From NCBI GenBank assembly GCA_964544105.1, contig CAZIZQ010000004.1, positions 1-39,695 of the forward strand: DNA of 39,695 nt. Direction: 5' to 3'. Of this stretch, positions 7,850-17,600 are shown piece by piece. Source of the DNA: an uncultured Gammaproteobacteria bacterium (GTDB lineage Bacteria; Patescibacteriota; Microgenomatia; Levybacterales; UBA12049). Under the pieces are notes generated by a model. The model searched no databases, was not told the DNA's origin, and worked only from the letters and a program-made list of their open reading frames with translations. Numbering within the stretch: position 1 is the stretch's first letter; every line of letters begins with the position of its first letter. Made by a program: the position numbers and the translations under genes.

Positions 7850-8934
7850 TCTGAAACTATTTTCAAAAACCGACTCGTACTTTTTTCCCATGTCCACTTT
7901 GCTAGCACGTTTTCCCGAGCCTGTTTTCCTAAATCACTGTGTAGCTTTTCGTCTGACAAAAGTTCTTGCAGTTTTTCAAAAATCGGCCGGGGACTTGGCT
8001 CCACCAAAAATCCGGTTTTTCCATCAATTATTGATTCTCTAAATCCCCCTTCGTTAATGGCAACAACCGGCACTCCACAACTGGCAGCTTCTATTGCCGT
8101 TAATCCAAAAGGCTCGTTTCTGCTCAAGCACACCACTATCTTGGCTTTTTGGATTGCAGAAACCAAGTCACTATCGGAAATTCCACGACCCTGCTCGTCC
8201 CGCTCGATAAAACTTACCTTTGGAGCTTTGTCAAAAAGTGATAGGGCTTTTTCAAACAAATCATACCCTTCTATCGCAATTTTTTGCCCTAGAAAAATAA
8301 TATCGTCAGTTTTTTTACTATCTTTTGGCGCAAAAAGATTAGTATCAACCCCCAAATAACATACATCTGACTTTTCTGCGTACGCTTTCTCTATCCAACT
8401 AGCAGCAAACTTGGAATTTGCCAACAACTTACCCGCCTTTGCCATATTAGAGGCATCAACAATTTCTCGGAAAAAACGGTTTACCCATTCGTACAGTTTT
8501 TTGGGAAGAGAGGTTTTTGGTAATACGGCAAGCAAAGGATCATGAGCAATGCGCAGTGGCTCCTGGCAAAAATATACTGTTTTTGTTTTTAGAAACTGCA
8601 ATAAAAACGGCGCCTGAGTAAATTTGGACGGATGCACAAAAACAAAATCATATTTTTGCTCATCAATTAGCCTAGCTATCCGCCAATGCAAAATAGAAAG
8701 AGAAAAAAGCCCTAGTGTATCACTATACAAACGTATCCCCCACCGCCCACGACCGCTTTTTTGGGAGAACCGAAAAAAATAAGATTTATTAAATATCGAC
8801 TCCAAGTCTTTTTCTTCCTCCTTATCCACGTAAAACACATCGACCGTGTGGTTTTTAGAGAGTATTTTCCCGTATTCCACAACCACGCGATGCGCCCCCC
8901 CAAACGGCAATTCATGAAAAAACGCAATCCTCAT
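7834..8934 (-). CDS. Glycosyltransferase family 4 (GT-B, Glycos_transf_1)
   Basis: EPFGLTAIEAASCGVPVVAINEGGFRESIIDGKTGFLVE is the EX7E region of retaining GT4 enzymes. Confidence 0.8.
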   Translation of the reverse strand: MRIAFFHELPFGGAHRVVVEYGKILSKNHTVDVFYVDKEEEKDLESIFNKSYFFRFSQKSGRGRWGIRLYSDTLGLFSLSILHWRIARLIDEQKYDFVFVHPSKFTQAPFLLQFLKTKTVYFCQEPLRIAHDPLLAVLPKTSLPKKLYEWVNRFFREIVDASNMAKAGKLLANSKFAASWIEKAYAEKSDVCYLGVDTNLFAPKDSKKTDDIIFLGQKIAIEGYDLFEKALSLFDKAPKVSFIERDEQGRGISDSDLVSAIQKAKIVVCLSRNEPFGLTAIEAASCGVPVVAINEGGFRESIIDGKTGFLVEPSPRPIFEKLQELLSDEKLHSDLGKQARENVLAKWTWEKSTSRFLKIVSEWKEQ

Positions 8935-9725
8935 TTGTTATTCCTCATCTTGCAAACAAAATCATACCCAAAAATTATATTAAACGGAAAATACATACAC
9001 AAAGGATACAGGTATACCAATGTATTATACATCGCATCTTTCCAAGAAAATACAGGTTTTATCGGCACAACAAGTCTAATATCTCCCGCAAATTTGTGCT
9101 TTGTAAACAAATTTTTTAAATACCAATAGGTTGGTTCATTAACATGCTGTTCTTTATGCAGCTCATTACGAGGATCCTTGGACAAATGAGGAAACGACTT
9201 TCCTGTAAAAAGTCTATTTATCCACACCAAAAACAAACTCATTGGATATACATAGATAAAATGGATAAAATCTACATAAAATTTATTTGGCTCGGTATGC
9301 ACAAAAAGGAAACCATTTTTTTTAAGAACACGAGTGATATTTTCCATAACAATGGTTAGTTCTTCAGGATATAAATGCTCAAACACATCCAAGGATACTA
9401 CCCCGTCGAATGTATCTGTTGGAAAATCTAGTTTTTTTGCATCCTGGACAAAAAAAGACACACTGTTTTGCACCTGTTTTGATTGTTTTACAAGTTCATT
9501 CTTTGCTAGCTGTATCCCATCTTTTGCGTAATCGATACCAATAACCTGGGCTCCTTTTTTACTTAAGAAAAATGCTACATCTCCCTTACCACACCCAATA
9601 TCGAGTATCTTCATACCATTTTGTACTGGTATTTCATGTAAATGAAACCGCTCACGCGCTTCTTTACCCAAACACGAATGCTGGTAATAGTCACTGGTGT
9701 AAATTTTTGGATCAACTCTTCTCAT
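8931..9725 (-). CDS. Class I SAM-dependent methyltransferase
   Basis: Motif I ILDIGCGKGDVAFFL, post-I acidic VIGIDYA, motif II/III DGVVSLDVFEHL. Confidence 0.75.
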   Translation of the reverse strand: MRRVDPKIYTSDYYQHSCLGKEARERFHLHEIPVQNGMKILDIGCGKGDVAFFLSKKGAQVIGIDYAKDGIQLAKNELVKQSKQVQNSVSFFVQDAKKLDFPTDTFDGVVSLDVFEHLYPEELTIVMENITRVLKKNGFLFVHTEPNKFYVDFIHFIYVYPMSLFLVWINRLFTGKSFPHLSKDPRNELHKEQHVNEPTYWYLKNLFTKHKFAGDIRLVVPIKPVFSWKDAMYNTLVYLYPLCMYFPFNIIFGYDFVCKMRNNK

Positions 9726-10945
9726 TTAGCAGTAAAAACCTTATAAGTAAAGTAGACGATGAAGGGCAATGCAGCTAGTGACCCGATAAGCGCCGATAAA
9801 GAAGCACCTATAAGACCATATTGAGAAACAAGAGGGATAATCGATACCCCTAACCCCCCAATACTTACGAGAGTCACTACAGTCACATATTCCTGCTTTT
9901 CAACTGCCAAAAAAAGAGTTGCGCAAAAACCAAAAATCGCCCTAATCACACCAAATACCGCCAAAATGCGTAGAACCGGAGCAACTGCCACCCACTGCTT
10001 TCCAAAAGCAATTGTTATCAGCTCTTCGGGAAAAAGAAAAAGAATTGCGCCAAGAGGAATAGTAATAAATGAAATACTTGCAATTGTTCGAAAAAATGCC
10101 CTTTTCAAACGCTCTCTATCATGGGTAATTTTTGTATATACTGGGAACATTACCCGGGACACAACATCTGTTACTTCGCTAATTGGCAAAATAGATATGG
10201 AATACCCAAGTTGGTACATGCCTAATGGCCCAGTACCAAGCAATCTCCCAACAACTATATTGTCCACATTTTGGAATAAATACTGAAACACCCCCGACAA
10301 TGTTACCCATTTTCCCCTATGAAATATCTTGGCAAGATACTGGTTTTCAAACCGCAGTGTCGGCCTAGGCTTTGCAACAGCAAAAGACAATACTACTTCG
10401 GCAACCACCCCCACAATAAGCCCAACCACAATACTGGCTGCTTGATGAGTCACAAAGGCAACTGCAACCGCTGTGCCAGCATCGATTATGAATAAAATCG
10501 ACCGATATAAAAACTCTTTTTTAAACTGTAAATCCCTTTGAAACTTCACCACCGACGGGTTGATAAATCCTCGAAGTAACGGCACAATGCTAATTAACTG
10601 GAGCAAAAAGAGGGAATCCGGACTTTGGAAAAACCCAGCAACAAACGGCGCCATAATCAATATGGCCACCGACATTAAAATTCCGCGCGCAATCGACATA
10701 ATCCATGCCGAGCTGATATGTCGATCTATATCGTCTTTTTCCTGTACTAAAATGACATTTACCCCTGTTTCGGTCAGGACATCTAAAAAAGACAAGGCCA
10801 GTGCAGCAATACCATAAACACCAAACTGGGCAGGCGTTAAAATTCTGGCCAGAATAGCTATTTTGGCAAATGACACAATTCTGGTTGTCACACGTTGTGC
10901 CCCAATCCACGAAATCCCCCTTATCGCTTGTGTTGTATACCCCAT
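9722..10945 (-). CDS. Polysaccharide/oligosaccharide flippase (Wzx-type, MOP superfamily)
   Basis: About 12 TM helices. The N-terminal FAKIAILARILTPAQFGVYG is typical of the polysaccharide biosynthesis protein family. Located inside a GT cluster. Confidence 0.7.
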   Translation of the reverse strand: MGYTTQAIRGISWIGAQRVTTRIVSFAKIAILARILTPAQFGVYGIAALALSFLDVLTETGVNVILVQEKDDIDRHISSAWIMSIARGILMSVAILIMAPFVAGFFQSPDSLFLLQLISIVPLLRGFINPSVVKFQRDLQFKKEFLYRSILFIIDAGTAVAVAFVTHQAASIVVGLIVGVVAEVVLSFAVAKPRPTLRFENQYLAKIFHRGKWVTLSGVFQYLFQNVDNIVVGRLLGTGPLGMYQLGYSISILPISEVTDVVSRVMFPVYTKITHDRERLKRAFFRTIASISFITIPLGAILFLFPEELITIAFGKQWVAVAPVLRILAVFGVIRAIFGFCATLFLAVEKQEYVTVVTLVSIGGLGVSIIPLVSQYGLIGASLSALIGSLAALPFIVYFTYKVFTAK

Positions 10946-11958
10946 ATTGTTCCTAAAATTACTGCCATATCAGCAGTTACTTGTAGTATAGGCAAAATCA
11001 CGATCGCGCGCCAGTCCAACACATACTTATAACTCTTAACTATTGACCAAACAACATACAAAGAGAGTATCAAGTATAAAGTATTAAGTATTAAGGGAGA
11101 ACGGAAAATAAAATAACTAAGTATTAGACTAAACCCAATAACATAACGGACAAAGAGAAATATCACTTTTGGCCTAAAAATTCCTGCTTGCGCATCGCCA
11201 TAGGCAAAACGGAAAAACATAACAAATGCTTCTTTTAGATTTTTTCGTGGCTGCCAATACACAACGGCATCTTTGGTAAAAACGATCTTTGCTCCCACGT
11301 GTTTTAACTTTCTCGCGAATACATAATCTTCATTGTGACTATACTCTTCTGGAAAACCCCCTACTTTTTCCCAGATTTTTTTGGTAAAAGCCATGCTTCG
11401 AGTGGCAGGAAGAAAATTATTGGGGTCTACCCTGTCAGACATCACCAATACATACGGCACCAGGCATTTCTGAAAGACCGATTGTGGTTTTGCCGCATAA
11501 TACCCCGCAACAACGTCTGTATCTCCCACCTCACCTGGAAGGTTTTTCCCACCTTGGATGGTGGCAGGCTGAACGAAGTGAAGCCATGACTCCTCCGAGG
11601 TGAACGTTCCAAACGGCTCCACAATATTTTTCACCCAGTCCTTATCCAACTCACACCCCGCATCCGAGCACACAATTATATCCCCCGTTGCATGCCTAAT
11701 CGCCTCGTTCCTCCCCACCGCCCGATTCCCCTTCTTTGTAATAGTTTTCCACCTCGGATGGTGGCGAAGCAGCGACTTCGACTCCTCCGAGGTGAACGTC
11801 TTTATGAAATTTGAAATTACCGACAGCGTCCCATCGGTCGAACCACCATCGACTATAACAATCTCGTCTGGCATCCTCGTCTGCTTTGCCAATGACTCTA
11901 GCATCCGCCCAATCGTCTTTTCCTCATTATATACTGTCGCAATAAACGTTATCTTCAT
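10921..11958 (-). CDS. Glycosyltransferase family 2 with C-terminal membrane domain
   Basis: MKITFIATVYNEEKTIGRMLESL..DEIVIVDGGSTDGT and IIVCSDAGCE (DXD-like). The C-terminal ~110 aa are hydrophobic helices. Carries two palindromic-box insertions. Confidence 0.75.
   Translation of the reverse strand: MKITFIATVYNEEKTIGRMLESLAKQTRMPDEIVIVDGGSTDGTLSVISNFIKTFTSEESKSLLRHHPRWKTITKKGNRAVGRNEAIRHATGDIIVCSDAGCELDKDWVKNIVEPFGTFTSEESWLHFVQPATIQGGKNLPGEVGDTDVVAGYYAAKPQSVFQKCLVPYVLVMSDRVDPNNFLPATRSMAFTKKIWEKVGGFPEEYSHNEDYVFARKLKHVGAKIVFTKDAVVYWQPRKNLKEAFVMFFRFAYGDAQAGIFRPKVIFLFVRYVIGFSLILSYFIFRSPLILNTLYLILSLYVVWSIVKSYKYVLDWRAIVILPILQVTADMAVILGTIWGIQHKR
11542..11607. repeat. Palindromic-box element copy A1 (inside the GT2 CDS)
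   Basis: ccaccttggatggtgg (11549-11564) ... gactcctccgaggtgaacgt (11588-11607). caccttgga/tccgaggtg form an inverted repeat (one mismatch) around a 35-nt loop. Confidence 0.75.
11744..11799. repeat. Palindromic-box element copy A2 (inside the GT2 CDS)
   Basis: ccacctcggatggtgg (11749-11764) ... gactcctccgaggtgaacgt (11780-11799). The 20-mer is identical to copy A1 at an offset of 192 nt. Perfect 9-bp inverted repeat cacctcgga/tccgaggtg around a 27-nt loop. Confidence 0.75.
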
Positions 11959-12004
11959 ATTTTATTCCGATCCGGGATCGGTTTAGCTAGGACGAAACGG
12001 TACA

Positions 12005-13099
12005 TCAAAATTTCCACAGCTTCAAATAGATATCTATCACCTTTTCCCACGTCTCTCCTTTTACCCAATTATATGCCAGCTCTACTTTCCGATTTGTGCT
12101 TTTTAGATTTTGAACTTGATCGACAATCTGATCTGCTGAATCAACAATTGTAATCCACTTTGCAAACGGCGCCATAGTCAGATAATCCTTTTTCAGTGGG
12201 TTGGTATACACAGCTATAACGGGTTTCTTAACAGCCATAGCCGAAAGCATGGAAAGATATGAAGAGGCAAATACCACATCTGTCTGGACGACAAACTTCT
12301 CTTGAAATGCTGTAACTCTGCCCAACTTCTCTGCTTCATGTCGAAAACTCCCATCCCCCAAAAAAGTAACTTCTAAATCTCTAGTCTCTTTTATCTTTCG
12401 AATAGCCTGTAAATACAACCTAATCCCAATATCCTCCTCGAGCCTACCGATGAAAAGTATGCGTAATTTTTTATTCTTTTTATTTGAAAATTGAAAATTG
12501 AAAATTGAAAATTCGACCCCACCATATGTTTTATGGGTGGGCGTCGTTCCATACCATTTCCTAATATAGTCTCCAACACAGATATTGCCAAAAGACAATT
12601 TTTCGCTTATCATTCTAATGAGTACTGCTTTTTTTTGGGGAGGGTATTTTGTTTCGTAGCCGTGAAAGGTAGTATAGACAGGCTTGTTGGGGTATAAAAA
12701 GCGAAATGGCAGATACCAAAAAAAGACATCATGAGCGTGTACTATATCGACGCTTACAATTAGGCTCCGGTGTCTAAACAGCCAAAGCCAGATGCGGAAC
12801 TTCTTCCAAAACCCCTCTTTTCCCCCGTCAAACCTAACAATTCGGATACCGTCAATTTCTCCCGTCATCTTAGCGCTCTCTGAATCCGAGTGATAGGCGG
12901 TATTATAGGTTTCTGTAGAAGCACCTCCGAGGTGGCCTTTTGGACTCCTCGGAGGTGTAGTTTTTGAGCTTGGTAACTTTTCAGTTACCACAGTTACGCT
13001 GTGTCCCATTTTCACCAACCTCTTCCCAATTTCTCCAACATGCCTCTCCACCCCACCAGCATGAGGATAAAAAAGTCGGGAGAAAAAAAGAATAGTCAT
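12005..13099 (-). CDS. Glycosyltransferase, GT-B fold (GT4/GT1-like)
   Basis: The N-terminus MTILFFSRLFYPHAGGVERHVGEIGKRLVKMGHSVTVVT is typical of the GT4 N-domain, followed by a C-terminal Rossmann half. Carries a palindromic-box insertion and a heptamer array. Confidence 0.65.
   Translation of the reverse strand: MTILFFSRLFYPHAGGVERHVGEIGKRLVKMGHSVTVVTEKLPSSKTTPPRSPKGHLGGASTETYNTAYHSDSESAKMTGEIDGIRIVRFDGGKEGFWKKFRIWLWLFRHRSLIVSVDIVHAHDVFFWYLPFRFLYPNKPVYTTFHGYETKYPPQKKAVLIRMISEKLSFGNICVGDYIRKWYGTTPTHKTYGGVEFSIFNFQFSNKKNKKLRILFIGRLEEDIGIRLYLQAIRKIKETRDLEVTFLGDGSFRHEAEKLGRVTAFQEKFVVQTDVVFASSYLSMLSAMAVKKPVIAVYTNPLKKDYLTMAPFAKWITIVDSADQIVDQVQNLKSTNRKVELAYNWVKGETWEKVIDIYLKLWKF
12484..12513. repeat. 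Tandem heptanucleotide repeat (TTGAAAA) x4.3 inside the CDS
   Basis: Perfect units at 12484-12490, 12491-12497, 12498-12504 and 12505-12511, plus tt. Translated on the minus strand as EFSIFNFQFSN. Confidence 0.9.
12922..12957. repeat. Palindromic-box element copy B (inside the GT4-like CDS)
   Basis: cacctccgaggtg (12922-12934) and gactcctcggaggtg (12943-12957). 11-bp perfect inverted repeat cacctccgagg/cctcggaggtg with a 14-nt loop. Confidence 0.75.
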
Positions 13100-13100
13100 A

Positions 13101-13808
13101 TTAAGGAGATGTAGGTAAAACTTTTGTAAGATCTTGGGGATTACTGACGAATATTCGAAAGGTAATATCGCACGGACATTTCCCCGTTGATCCCATTCCG
13201 CTAATAGAAACTGGCAACCAACTAAAAATTATCGCTTCAATCTTTCTGTTTTGCACTTTAATGTACCCCCAGATACTTCCTATTGGTCCATCTGCTACCA
13301 TTGGTGAAAGACTAAATCCGTTTATCTCTGTATCCCGAAGCCATCCAAATTTTAATACCTCACGGTCATAATAACTTTCAAAATCTTTATTTATTGCATA
13401 TATTTCTTCTTTCGAAATATTTCGTTTTGTAGCAGTCCATTCTTTTCCGGTCATACCAAAATAACCAAAAGTATTCTTACTAGAATAATGAATCACTCTG
13501 TCTTTTATATCAGTTCCCAATTCCTGTTTATCGTCTACTGTCCATGATAAACCTGGGTAAAATGGTGGAGGTGTCAATTGTTGATTGTCCTGTGGACTTT
13601 CCGATTCCGGCACAAATTCTGTAATTGTTGCATAGGGTTCCTCTGTGGCGCTCGGAGCAATAGTAGGTATAACATTTGTGACCGACGGCTCACTGCCTTT
13701 TTCTTGCAATGTAAACGTAATAAAAGGAATAACAATCAACAAAAACAAAAAAACTGCTATATAAAATTTATTTTTAGTTAAAAACATACGAAAAAATAAA
13801 ATAGTCAT
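13101..13808 (-). CDS. Hypothetical membrane-anchored protein
   Basis: N-terminal TM (FYIAVFLFLLIVIPFITF) followed by a ~190-aa extracytoplasmic domain. No recognisable family. Tightly packed between a methyltransferase and a GT. Confidence 0.45.
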   Translation of the reverse strand: MTILFFRMFLTKNKFYIAVFLFLLIVIPFITFTLQEKGSEPSVTNVIPTIAPSATEEPYATITEFVPESESPQDNQQLTPPPFYPGLSWTVDDKQELGTDIKDRVIHYSSKNTFGYFGMTGKEWTATKRNISKEEIYAINKDFESYYDREVLKFGWLRDTEINGFSLSPMVADGPIGSIWGYIKVQNRKIEAIIFSWLPVSISGMGSTGKCPCDITFRIFVSNPQDLTKVLPTSP

Positions 13809-14623
13809 GATTTTCTTTTCGCTTGAATAACAATATCATTTGGTCTCCATTTATTCTGAAAAATTGATTTTTGTAATAAACTTTTGAGCTTATAAAACGT
13901 GTTAAATGCAAAAAGCTCTTTGTATCTAATAACCTCAAACCCCGCTACTTGTAGTTCTGCAAAAATTAATTCTTTTGTATACTCTCTAACATGACCGCTT
14001 GGATTATCAGGCTTGTTTTTTAAATTTTCATTCAAGGGAACAGAGACAATTAAAGTTTTACCTTTTGGTAGTATTTTTTTCAGATTTTCAAGAACACTAA
14101 ATATTTTACTTGGTGGTATATGCTCAAAAACTTCAAGCGCTAAAATAATGTCAAAAACGATATTATCGTATGGAATTTTGTAGATATTACCCACTATAAA
14201 ATTTCCGTAAAATCTCTTTTTCAAATTTCTAACCGCATCTTTTGATATATCAAAACCAAATAACTCAAACTCATAATAATTATTTTTTGTCAGTTTTTCT
14301 TCTAAAAATCCATACCCTGCACCAACATCTAATATTTTTTTTGAGTCAGGAAAAATATAAGATGCTGCAAGACTAACCCTTTCATTAGTCATTCCATCTT
14401 GCAAAATAAGAGTTTGAACCTCATGCAGCTTACTATCCCAAAAATGAGATTTGTTTAAATCTTTAATTTCTTTAAAAGATTTCTTATACATTGTCTTTAA
14501 TGTGTCATGGTCTCTTAAGGTTGCTAATAGATGTCTAGCCATCTCTATCTTAAATGGATCACTAAAACATTCTTTACATAAAGGATACTCTTTTCTTTTT
14601 TCACAAAGTAAACAATTCTTCAC
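13805..14623 (-). CDS. Class I SAM-dependent methyltransferase with N-terminal CxxC pair
   Basis: CLLCEKRKEYPLCKEC, motif I ILDVGAGYGFLEEKL, and ILALEVFEHIPP. Confidence 0.7.
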   Translation of the reverse strand: MKNCLLCEKRKEYPLCKECFSDPFKIEMARHLLATLRDHDTLKTMYKKSFKEIKDLNKSHFWDSKLHEVQTLILQDGMTNERVSLAASYIFPDSKKILDVGAGYGFLEEKLTKNNYYEFELFGFDISKDAVRNLKKRFYGNFIVGNIYKIPYDNIVFDIILALEVFEHIPPSKIFSVLENLKKILPKGKTLIVSVPLNENLKNKPDNPSGHVREYTKELIFAELQVAGFEVIRYKELFAFNTFYKLKSLLQKSIFQNKWRPNDIVIQAKRKS

Positions 14624-14686
14624 GAAACTATTCTATCAATTCCAATCCGTATTGACAAACAAAAAATAATAAATTACCCTTAAAGG

Positions 14687-17600
14687 GTGATGAAGAAACT
14701 GATTGCCATCAGGTTTCTTTTTTGTTTGGTTATTTTTATAGCCTCTTTTGCTATTGCCACACCTCGATCTTTTGCATCCCATAAAGTATTTAAAGAAAAC
14801 TTTGATTCTAATAGCGAAGGTTCTTTTCCGAATGGATGGACAATCGTAAATGATCCAGATCGAATTCCATGTTTAGCACAATGGAAGACTATCGGTGGTA
14901 TGGCAGGAATTGCTATTGTAAATCAAGCATTTTGTACTACAAATATTATGCCTAACGACAATTTATGGAATAACCTAGGCGATAACTATATTTTTGAATT
15001 TGATATGAAATTTGTGAAAGGTAGTGGACACAATGTGGCCTTTAGATTTACCCCGTCAACTCCAACAAATAACTGGTACGACCTTAGCTTTATACTCTCA
15101 GGGGATTTTCTTTTAGAAAGAGTGACTGGTAATTACACAATTAACATCCCTAGTAAATATCCTATTGGTAAAACATACCATATGAAAATTATTCTAGATC
15201 ATAAAAATATTAAAATTTATATTGATAATGTTTTAGTAAGAGATTTTACATCAACAGTAGATAACTTTCCAACTGGAAGAATTGCATTAAGAGCTGGTAC
15301 AGGGACCGACGTTAATTCAGAAACTTACTTTGACAATATTGTTGTCACCAATATCGATGCTCCACTTGATGTTCCACTTCTTAAGCAGACTGACAGCCTG
15401 TGGAAAGATGATGAATATGATACTGCAACCGAGTGGGCAGAGGCTGGAGAAGCAACAACCATCAACCGCTGGGGATGTGCCATGACATCGGCTGCAATGA
15501 TACTCAATTACCATGGTATTAAAAAATTGCCAGATGGATCTGATCTCCAACCAGATACTCTAAATCTTTGGTTAAAAAATTATGAAGGCGACAATGGCGG
15601 TTATATACGAGGTGATGTAAACTGGGCAGCCATAGCCAGCTTATCCAAACTTGCAAAAACAGTAAATAATATTACTGATTTTGATGCCCTAGAATTTGTG
15701 TGGGGCGACAATGATACTACAAAATTAAAAAATCAACTAGATAGTAATAATCCCGTAATACTACAAGTACCAGATCATTTTATTGTTGCCAAAGGAGTAA
15801 ACGGGGACACATTCGACATTAACGATCCTTTTTATGACGATAGACACACGCTTAAAGATGAATATAACAATACATATTTATCCAGCAGGCGATTTATTCC
15901 TTCTTTTACTAATCTTTCGTACCTTATTGTCGTTGTCGACCCAGACGTCGACATGTATCTAACAAATAGCAGTGGTCAAAAAGCAGGCAGTAATGGGATA
16001 ACCACATATACCGATATACCAAACGCTGTCTATTATCTCGAGCATGGCATTAAAGATCCAATAAGCAAAACGACAAGTCCAGACTATAAAATGCTGCTAA
16101 TACCTAAACCAAATAACGACACATATAGCATTACTATTGCGACAACAAGCGCTGCCATAAATCAATTTAAGCTTGAAACGTATCGACATACAGCAACTGG
16201 CAGCGCAACCGTAAACAAAATTTCAAGTCAAACAAGAACCGATGAACCTGCAATGTACTCGTTTTCGTACCAGCAAAACCCATCAACTACTCCCTCTGCC
16301 CCAACAGATACCACTCCTCCTCAAATCAAAAGCACCAAAACCCTTGATACCAATAACAACGACAAAATAGATACGATTGAAGTTACGTTTGTGCGGGATA
16401 TTAATGGAACAACAGTCAACCCAACAGGCACCGATTTTACAGTTGATGGATACGACATTAAAAAAGCAAAAGAGACAAGTCCGGGAGTTGTACAAATAAC
16501 GGTTTCCGAAAAAAGCACCAACGACACAGGTGTTACGCCACTTGTAACTCTAAAAAATAACAACATAAAAGACACCACATCTGACACTTACAATCACCAA
16601 CAGACTGCCACGCCAACAGATGGCATTGCCCCAACCAAACCAACAACCAATCCCCCAGGTGATAAATACTTATCTCCCCAAAAAGTTGAACTTACAAGCT
16701 TGGATAAACCCAACAAACCAACAATTTTCTATACTCTTGATGGCTCTGACCCTGCCACATCCAGTGCAAAACTTATCTATACCGCTCCTGTCATCATTGA
16801 CGGCAGCAGCATAACGCTTAAAGCAATTGCCCAAGATGCGGCCGGAAATAAAAGCGAGGTAATGACCGAAAGTTATGAAATTGCGCCAAAGATTGACGAT
16901 ACATCAATTACCGTTGCCACAAGTAGCGCTACTTCCTTTACCGTCACCTGGACAACCGACCGACCGTCATACAGCAGGCTTGTTTTTGGCACAAAGTCCA
17001 AAAAAGTCAAAGGCAGCGACACAAAATACGGCTATGACAAAACAACCAACGAAGCAAGTATAAAACAGACAACCCATACAATAACGCTCTCTGGCCTAAC
17101 AGCAGGAACTACTTATTACTACCGCCTTATTTCCCGCGGCTCGCCCGAACAAGTAACCGACGAACGAAGTATTACCCTTGCTAACGATTCAACACCAACA
17201 CCCACACCAACCCCAACGCCCCTTGTCTCGCCGGAGCCAGCAGCGAAGGCGGAAACCACAATTTCATCAAACTCCACCTCTTCTACAGTTTGCAGCGACG
17301 AAAAACCTCAAAGCGGCCCAACCATCACTTCTTCTTTTGCCGGAATCAATACCGTCGCATTAAGTTGGAAAGAAGGGTCTGGGCCCATTTCGTACTACCT
17401 TATTGCCTATGGAACAGAGCCTGGAAAATTGCAGTATGGCAACCCAAATATCGGTGGCAAAGGCACGACTAGCTTTGTGGTGGAAAATTTATCGGGTTGG
17501 CAGACTTATTATTTTAAAGTTAGAGCTGGCAACGGTTGCACGCCGGGAGATTACTCCAACGAAATTTCAGCCACCCCAATTGGCTTTTCCGAAGAAGGGC

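Noticed and set aside
11542-12957. CRISPR array interpretation of the palindromic boxes and heptamer repeats
   Set aside because: The repeats are 13-20 nt rather than 24-48 nt. Spacing is irregular (14-35-nt loops, 192-nt and ~1.1-kb separations). All copies lie inside intact coding frames, and no cas genes are present in the window.
13079-13808. Both the GT4-like gene (start 13099) and the upstream hypothetical gene (start 13808) begin MTILFF with similar nucleotides (atgactatt + T-rich)
   Set aside because: The match is only ~15-18 nt of T-rich sequence. The hypothetical gene may really start at the internal MFLTKNK. The evidence is too short to call a duplication or target-site repeat.
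14650-14686. TTGACA hexamer upstream of the 1047-aa gene as a promoter -35
   Set aside because: No acceptable -10 hexamer lies at 16-18-nt spacing (taccct/ttaccc). A single hexamer match is not evidence.
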